From NCBI GenBank assembly GCA_019113885.1, contig DXGO01000029.1, positions 29,375-93,374 on the forward strand: 64,000 bases of DNA. The letters run 5' to 3'. Each line of letters starts with the position of its first letter. Positions within the stretch are counted from its first letter, which is position 1. A model generated the notes under the pieces. The model ran no database searches. It was given only the letters and a program-made list of their open reading frames with translations, and was not told the origin of the DNA. The DNA comes from Candidatus Alistipes intestinipullorum (GTDB lineage: Bacteria; Bacteroidota; Bacteroidia; Bacteroidales; Rikenellaceae). This document shows positions 58,574 to 64,000 of this stretch, piece after piece. Both the position numbers and the translations under genes were made by a program.

Positions 58574-59140
58574 ATGGCAACAACCGCTGATATCAAGATC
58601 GGAATGTGCATCGAGCTGGACGGCAAGACCTTTCAGATCGTGGACTTCCAGCATGTGAAGCCGGGCAAGGGTCCCGCTTTCGTGCGTACGAAACTGAAGA
58701 ACCTCGAGAACGGCCGCGTGCTGGACAACACCTTCTCGGCCGGTGCTAGGATCGAACCGGTTCGCGTAGAGCGCCGTCCGTACCAGTTCACCTACGAGGA
58801 TGACCTGGGTATGCACTTCATGCACACGGAGACCTTCGAGGAGATCAACATCGACAAGAACCTGATCAACAATTACGACCTGATGGCCGACGGCCAGATC
58901 GTAGAGGTGATGTTCCACACGGAGAAGGAGACGGTCCTCTCGGCCGAGTTGCCCCCGATCGTGGACATGGAGGTTACGTATACGGAGCCGGGCGTGAAGG
59001 GCGACACGGCGTCGACGAACTCGCTGAAGCCCGCGACGGTAAATACGGGCGCTACGATCCGCGTTCCGCTGTTCATCAACACGGGCGACAAGATCCGCGT
59101 CGACACGCGCACGCGCGAATACTACGAGCGCATCAAGTAA
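58574..59140 (+). CDS. efp: Translation elongation factor P
   Basis: [36 protein letters not shown]; promoter element TACCTTTG at 58533-58540. Confidence 0.98.
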   Translation: MATTADIKIGMCIELDGKTFQIVDFQHVKPGKGPAFVRTKLKNLENGRVLDNTFSAGARIEPVRVERRPYQFTYEDDLGMHFMHTETFEEINIDKNLINNYDLMADGQIVEVMFHTEKETVLSAELPPIVDMEVTYTEPGVKGDTASTNSLKPATVNTGATIRVPLFINTGDKIRVDTRTREYYERIK

Positions 59141-59175
59141 GCGGCAGCAGGGCATCTCCCGTACGTTATAAACTG

Positions 59176-59219
59176 AGTCCCGAATGGAATTTAGAGTTCC
59201 ATTCGGGACTGGCTTTTTC
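59176..59219 (+). terminator. Intrinsic terminator of efp
   Basis: AGTCCCGAATGGAAT-ttaga-GTTCCATTCGGGACT plus T-rich tail. Confidence 0.8.
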
Positions 59220-59318
59220 TGAGTATTTCTGCTTGGGATTTTTCCGCCGAGTCTCCGCCGCTGCGGTCGCCGTTACCACGCTCTTTCTTCGTCCCTGTTT
59301 GTGCGGCGGCGACCGGGA

Positions 59319-60065
59319 TTATCTGCCGATTCTCGAAAGCCGGAATTTTTCCCGTACTTCGCTTAGCACGTCTGCTTCCCGAACCATGTAGGGCGACAGT
59401 TCCTCTTCGGTCATGAATACCTGCCCTTCGTACACCTCCGCATCCCGGTTTCCGGTATTTACGTTCCGATGCTGAGGCCCCAGTTTGCCTGTCGAGATCA
59501 GCTCCTTGCTGGTGAGTACCCAATAGATCAGATCGTCCCGGCATACTCCGATCCAGATGAAGACATCGTAGCAACTGGGTTTCAACTGCTGGTAATGGTA
59601 TTTGAACTGGGCCTGCTTCGCTTCGGCATGCAGGTAGGCCCTGCTTGTCAGGCTCTCTTTCGAGGAGGTGCGATTGGCCCTGCAGGCCTTTACTTCGATG
59701 CGTATTCCGTCGTCATGCCATAGGTCGAACTCTCCGTCGAACTCGGGGATGATCCCGGCCAGTTCTCTGGTCGAGGCTTTTCGGAATTCGGGGAAGAGAC
59801 TCCGGATGTGGTTTTCGCCCCAGGTCTCTCCGAAGGTGCGAGGAGCCAGGTCGAACAGCTCCAGGTATTTGTTCCGCTCGGTATATTGACGGTAGATGAC
59901 ACGGTAATCATCGTAGGAAATGATTCCGGCATCGATGAGGTAGGCCAGGATGTGGCCCTCACGAGTAAAAGGGTGGATGTTTTTGTCAGCGAGGATCGAC
60001 CTTATCTCCGTGTTGTCGTCCAAACGGGATATCAACTCTGTCAAACAGTCGTTCAAGGCTTTCAT
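59319..60065 (-). CDS. Putative type II restriction endonuclease (PD-(D/E)xK)
   Basis: FGE..E, then FD..IEVK catalytic pattern and QQLK; co-oriented downstream of a C gene and next to an MTase. Confidence 0.75.
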   Translation of the reverse strand: MKALNDCLTELISRLDDNTEIRSILADKNIHPFTREGHILAYLIDAGIISYDDYRVIYRQYTERNKYLELFDLAPRTFGETWGENHIRSLFPEFRKASTRELAGIIPEFDGEFDLWHDDGIRIEVKACRANRTSSKESLTSRAYLHAEAKQAQFKYHYQQLKPSCYDVFIWIGVCRDDLIYWVLTSKELISTGKLGPQHRNVNTGNRDAEVYEGQVFMTEEELSPYMVREADVLSEVREKFRLSRIGR

Positions 60066-60073
60066 GTGCGCGG

Positions 60074-60286
60074 TTATTGGATCAGGGATATGATCGATAC
60101 GTTGAGGGCGTTGGCGATTTTTTCCATGCTGCGGAGTGTGATGTTTTTTTCCGCGCGTTCGACCATTCCGATATAGGTGCGGTGCAACCCGGCACGTTCG
60201 GCAAGCTGTTCCTGGGAAAGGTGGCGCTCTTTCCGCATTTCCTGGACTTTTTTGCCAAAATGCACGAGAATTTCCGATTTAGTCAT
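60074..60286 (-). CDS. Restriction-modification controller (C) protein, XRE HTH
   Basis: 70 aa; FGKKV..R....LSQEQLAE.AGLHRTYIG.VER.EKNITL, the typical C-protein signature; 8 nt upstream of the REase gene. Confidence 0.88.
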   Translation of the reverse strand: MTKSEILVHFGKKVQEMRKERHLSQEQLAERAGLHRTYIGMVERAEKNITLRSMEKIANALNVSIISLIQ

Positions 60287-60302
60287 CGCTGAAAATGGTT
60301 GG

Positions 60303-60396
60303 ATGCTACTGATAGTATGCAAAAATAGCCGCAATGAGATAACGGGTCAACATACTATAGTTAGCATGGAGGATTCTTGAATTTTTCGTATTTTTG
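60303..60396. promoter_or_regulatory. Divergent C-R / M promoters with two inverted 17-bp C-box-like operators
   Basis: ATGCTACTGATAGTATG (60303-60319) and CATACTATAGTTAGCAT (60351-60367); minus-strand TTG-N20-TATTTTTG (60350-60320); plus-strand TATTTTTG (60389-60396). Confidence 0.7.
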
Positions 60397-60431
60397 TCCG
60401 ATTAAAGGTAACGTTTGACAAAGAAAGCTCT

Positions 60432-62054
60432 ATGGAGAGGGAAAACGCCAAGCCGAAGATTGCGACGCAGCGTGTTGCGAAGTCTGTTTCCGTAAGGGAT
60501 GCTGCGCAATCGCTGCAGGTATCGACCGCCACGATCCGCAATTGGATCAAGGAGGGCCACCTGGTCGTTACGACCAAAGGGCATGTATCCGTATCCTCCC
60601 TGCGTGCTTTCAAAAATAAACATATCGGCTCCACCCGTTTGATTTCACGGGCCAACAAACTCTACAAGACGGCGCATCCGGATATTCAGGGAAAGGCATC
60701 GGAGGGTATGGCCGGCAGGCGGCATGAAGCCTCGCTGAGCGAGTCGCACAAGAATCGGGAAGGGATTTTTTACACCCCTTCGGAGGTGATTTCGGACATG
60801 CTCGAAGGAATATGTGCTGACGATGCAACCTTTCTCGATCCCTGTTGCGGGTGCGGCAATTTCATCATCCAGGCTCTTGAATCCGGAATACGGCCGGAGA
60901 ATCTGTACGGATTCGATACGGATGCTGAGGCTGTCCGTATAACGATCGACCGGATTGAAGCGATCACGGGATACCGTTCCGATAAGATCGTCTGTGCCGA
61001 TTTTCTGGAGCGGGCATCGGAGATCGGCCGGACATTTGATTATATCTATACCAACCCGCCCTGGGGCCGGAAGATTCCGAAAGACGACAAAAAGAGATTT
61101 GCGGCGTTGTATGGGGCCGGGAACTCCATGGATACCTGCTCCCTGTTTTATTTTGCGGCGAAGAGACTCCTCGTGGAAAACGGCACATTGGGGTTCCTTT
61201 TTCCGGAGGCCGTATTGAACATCGGGGTTTACGAAGACATGAGACGGTCGTTACTGACATGCTCCATCCTCCGGATCAAGGATTACGGTCGGCCGTTCAA
61301 GGGGGTGCTTACCAAGGCGTATTCGATCATTGTGGCCAATTCCGAGCCCGGAGCGGATAGGCAGGTCTACTGCTCCTGGGAAGGACATACACACTTCCGC
61401 CGCCAGATGTCGTTTTTGTCGGTGCCAAAGAGCATCCTCAATGTCTGGGCGACGGAGGATGAGGCGGAGCTGATCTCTGCGATCCGGGAGATGCCCCATG
61501 TCACGCTTGCCGGCAGCGCTTTGTGGGGCTTGGGAATCGTGACGGGGAACAATTCGGAGTATTGTTTACGGCATCCTTCTGTAGAGACTGTCCCGGTGTA
61601 TCGGGGACGGGATATTACTCGGTCCCGGCTGCTGGGCCCCCATGTCTTTATTAACAAGGATTTCTCCCGGTATCAGCAGGTCGCGCCGATTTCGTTGTAT
61701 ATGGCTCCTGAAAAGATTATCTACCGTTTTATCTCCGAGCGGCTCGTTTTCTTTTGTGACAATCGGCAGTCTTTCATTCTGAACAGCGCGAACCTGGTTG
61801 TGCCGGACGAGAGTTTCCCAGTTCGTTCCGGATACCTGGCGGCCTATTTCAGTTGCGATTTTACCAACTGGATGTTTTCGAAAATTTTCAATACGAACAA
61901 AATATTGAGAAGCGACATAGAGACGATTCCGGTATTTCACGAGATTTACGAGGAGCATGCGGAGTTCGATGAGAGCCGTTTGCTGGATTATTTGGGTATT
62001 GAGAAGAGCGGCGATACGTATTCGAGAAGCTCCCGTCCCGGTAAGGATGTGTGA
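60432..62054 (+). CDS. Gamma-class N6-adenine DNA methyltransferase, M.VspI-like, with N-terminal HTH and TaqI-C-like target domain
   Basis: GIFYTP (motif X), FLDPCCGCGNF (I), TNPPW (IV), WGLGIVTGNN, EKIIYRFIS, LNSAN. Confidence 0.92.
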   Translation: MERENAKPKIATQRVAKSVSVRDAAQSLQVSTATIRNWIKEGHLVVTTKGHVSVSSLRAFKNKHIGSTRLISRANKLYKTAHPDIQGKASEGMAGRRHEASLSESHKNREGIFYTPSEVISDMLEGICADDATFLDPCCGCGNFIIQALESGIRPENLYGFDTDAEAVRITIDRIEAITGYRSDKIVCADFLERASEIGRTFDYIYTNPPWGRKIPKDDKKRFAALYGAGNSMDTCSLFYFAAKRLLVENGTLGFLFPEAVLNIGVYEDMRRSLLTCSILRIKDYGRPFKGVLTKAYSIIVANSEPGADRQVYCSWEGHTHFRRQMSFLSVPKSILNVWATEDEAELISAIREMPHVTLAGSALWGLGIVTGNNSEYCLRHPSVETVPVYRGRDITRSRLLGPHVFINKDFSRYQQVAPISLYMAPEKIIYRFISERLVFFCDNRQSFILNSANLVVPDESFPVRSGYLAAYFSCDFTNWMFSKIFNTNKILRSDIETIPVFHEIYEEHAEFDESRLLDYLGIEKSGDTYSRSSRPGKDV

Positions 62055-62067
62055 CTGCGCATGAAAT

Positions 62068-62108
62068 GATACGGCAGGGAACGTATCTGACTCGTTTCCT
62101 GCCGTATC
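62068..62108. terminator. Hairpin between the convergent MTase and argH genes
   Basis: GATACGGCAGGGAACG-N9-CGTTTCCTGCCGTATC. Confidence 0.7.
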
Positions 62109-62154
62109 TGTATTTTACGCCTGCGGAAATATCTCCTTCCGCGACAATCTCCCT

Positions 62155-63456
62155 TTATTCGAACTCCTGCATGACGTGCTCCATCTTGCGGCGGATTTCG
62201 GCCGTGCAGAGGTTGCCGATGCTTCCCTCGTGGGTGTGGTGCACCTCGCGCGTGGGGCGGTATTCGCCGCGTTGTACGGCCATGCCGACCTGCCGGTAGG
62301 CCTCGCGGAACGGCACCCCCTGCAATACGAGGCGGTTGACATCCTCGACGGTGAAGAGGTAGTCGTACTTCTTGTCCTCGAGGATGTGCTCGTTGACGCG
62401 CAGGTGGGCCAGCATGAAGTCGCACATGCCGAGGGTGCGGCGGATCTCCGTGAGTGCCGGGAAGAGGATGTCCTTCATCAGCTGCAGGTCGCGGTGGTAT
62501 CCGACCGGGAGGTTGGTCGTCAGCAGGGCGATTTCGTTCGGCACGGACTGGAGGCGGTTGCAGCGCCCGCGCATGATTTCGAAGACGTCGGGATTCTTCT
62601 TGTGGGGCATGATGCTCGATCCGGTCGTCAGTTCGTCGGGCAGCGAGATGAACCCGAAATTCTGGCTCATGAACAGGCAGGCATCCATGGCCAGCCGCCC
62701 GATCGTCGCCGCGACGGCGGCAATGGCCGTAGCGGCGGCGCGTTCGCTCTTGCCGCGGCTCATCTGTGCGGCCACGACGTTGTAGTGGAGGGTTTCAAAA
62801 TGCAGCAGTCGGGTGGTCATCGTGCGGTCGAGGGGGAACGACGAGCCGTATCCGGCGGCCGACCCCAGGGGGTTCTGGTTGGTGATGTGCCAGGCTGCGG
62901 CGACGAGGCGCATGTCGTCGACGAGCGTCTCGGCGTAGGCCCCGAACCACAACCCGAACGACGAGGGCATGGCGATCTGGAGGTGTGTGTACCCGGGCAT
63001 CAGTACCTCCCTGTAACGTTCGCTGAGCTCCTGCAGCCGGTCGAAAACCGCCTTCGTGGCCTCGGCGACCTGCCGCAGTTCGTCGCGCAGGAAGAGTTTC
63101 AGGTCGACCAGCACCTGGTCGTTGCGCGAGCGTCCCGAGTGGATTTTCTTGCCCACGTCGCCCAGACGGCGGGTGAGCATCAGCTCGACCTGCGAGTGGA
63201 CATCCTCCGTGTCGGGCTCGATTTCGAAGCGCCCTGCTTCGATCTCGGCGGCGATCTCCTGCAGTCCGGCGGTGAGCACGCGCAGTTCGTCGGCCGTCAG
63301 CAGCCCGATTTTTTCAAGCATGGCGATGTGTGCCAGCGATCCTTCGACATCGTAACGCGCCAGGCGCAGGTCGAGTTCGCGGTCCTGTCCCACGGTGTAC
63401 TCTTCGATCATCTTGTCGGGTTCGAACCCCTTGTCCCAAAGTTTGGTGGTGCTCAT
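62155..63456 (-). CDS. argH: Argininosuccinate lyase
   Basis: EDVH, HSGRSRNDQ, MPGYTHLQ.A, TGSSIMPHKKNPD, VPFREAY. Confidence 0.97.
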   Translation of the reverse strand: MSTTKLWDKGFEPDKMIEEYTVGQDRELDLRLARYDVEGSLAHIAMLEKIGLLTADELRVLTAGLQEIAAEIEAGRFEIEPDTEDVHSQVELMLTRRLGDVGKKIHSGRSRNDQVLVDLKLFLRDELRQVAEATKAVFDRLQELSERYREVLMPGYTHLQIAMPSSFGLWFGAYAETLVDDMRLVAAAWHITNQNPLGSAAGYGSSFPLDRTMTTRLLHFETLHYNVVAAQMSRGKSERAAATAIAAVAATIGRLAMDACLFMSQNFGFISLPDELTTGSSIMPHKKNPDVFEIMRGRCNRLQSVPNEIALLTTNLPVGYHRDLQLMKDILFPALTEIRRTLGMCDFMLAHLRVNEHILEDKKYDYLFTVEDVNRLVLQGVPFREAYRQVGMAVQRGEYRPTREVHHTHEGSIGNLCTAEIRRKMEHVMQEFE

Positions 63457-63998
63457 GCGAGAATTTTTGCTAATTGTTCGATGTATTGTTCATAGAGGCC
63501 GATCGCCTCGTCGATCTCCGCAAGGAGGACATACTCGTCGGCCGAATGGGAGCGAGCCGACTCCCCGGGGCCCATCTTGAGCGACGGGAAGGGCATCAGC
63601 GTGCGGTCGGAGGTGGTGGGCGATACGAATGTCCGGCGCCCGATGGCCCGGGCGGCACACACGAGCGGATGTGCGTCCGCTACAGCCGCGGCCCGGATGC
63701 GCGTCGAGCGGGGTGCAATCTCCGATTGCAGCGCGGCGCGGAGGATTTCGACCACCTCCTCGTTGGAGTAGGCGTCGGTCGTGCGGATGTCGACGACGAA
63801 GCGGCACGTATCGGGCACGACGTTGTGTTGCGTGCCGGCTTCAATCTGCGTCACGGCGATGCCGATGGGCCCGAGCAGTGCCGATTCGTGCTCGAAGCGG
63901 AAGGCGCGCAGGCGGGCAATGTCGTCGAGTGCGATGTAGAGGGCGTTGATTCCCTCGCCGCGGGCGGCGTGTCCGCTGCGGCCGCGGGCCGTTGCGTC
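63453..63998 (-). CDS. M20 family deacylase (ArgE-like), C-terminal part; gene begins beyond the window
   Basis: GRSGHAAR..GINA, QHNVVPD, SPTTSD, GPGESARSHSADE; stop overlaps the argH ATG. Confidence 0.88.
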   Translation of the reverse strand, partial: DATARGRSGHAARGEGINALYIALDDIARLRAFRFEHESALLGPIGIAVTQIEAGTQHNVVPDTCRFVVDIRTTDAYSNEEVVEILRAALQSEIAPRSTRIRAAAVADAHPLVCAARAIGRRTFVSPTTSDRTLMPFPSLKMGPGESARSHSADEYVLLAEIDEAIGLYEQYIEQLAKILA

Positions 63999-64000
63999 CA

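Noticed and set aside
58746-58749. CTAG looks very rare; this is the only copy I noticed
   Set aside because: CTAG depletion is general in many bacteria, my count is not exact, and it cannot be tied to the local MTase
59141-62154. R-M cassette as a self-mobile element or a toxin-antitoxin pair
   Set aside because: No integrase, transposase, tRNA target or flanking direct repeats seen; the HTH has C-protein signatures and an MTase is adjacent
1-64000. CRISPR arrays, tRNA/rRNA genes, prophage or IS elements
   Set aside because: No regularly spaced repeats, cloverleaf or rRNA signatures, or transposase or phage genes recognised

Overview
A GC-rich (roughly 60% by eye) Bacteroidota chromosome segment. 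Gene content and order, SusC/SusD, and TAnnTTTG (-7) promoters point to an Alistipes-like Rikenellaceae genome; this is inference. Most of the window is housekeeping: priA-comF, dnaB, yifB, a truncated dcw block (murG-murC-ftsQ-ftsA-ftsZ-gldE-PPTase), pepC, topA, DUF4270 with a GT5-like gene, queA-truB-uppP-ftsX-yfhO, ispB, rplS, surE, a NarL-type two-component pair, cls, efp, argH and a partial argE-like gene. Two accessory blocks stand out. (1) A ~22 kb alpha-mannoside PUL at 33.0-55.2 kb: Ser-type sulfatase, GntR/UTRA regulator, MFS, two GH92, a GH38-like enzyme, SusC/SusD, DUF3823, ROK kinase and an extended phosphomannose isomerase. A recurring palindrome WTGT-N4-ACAW sits at or near its promoters. 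(2) A ~2.8 kb type II restriction-modification cassette between efp and argH, with a PD-(D/E)xK nuclease, a C (controller) protein and a divergent M.VspI-like m6A methyltransferase. Two inverted 17-bp operator-like boxes bracket the controller promoter. Also notable are a ~180-nt structured, possibly switchable rplS leader, an SSB-like acidic tail on DnaB, and a large coiled-coil insertion in FtsQ. I saw no tRNA, rRNA, CRISPR array, integrase or IS. Family assignments come from motif recognition and memory, not database searches.
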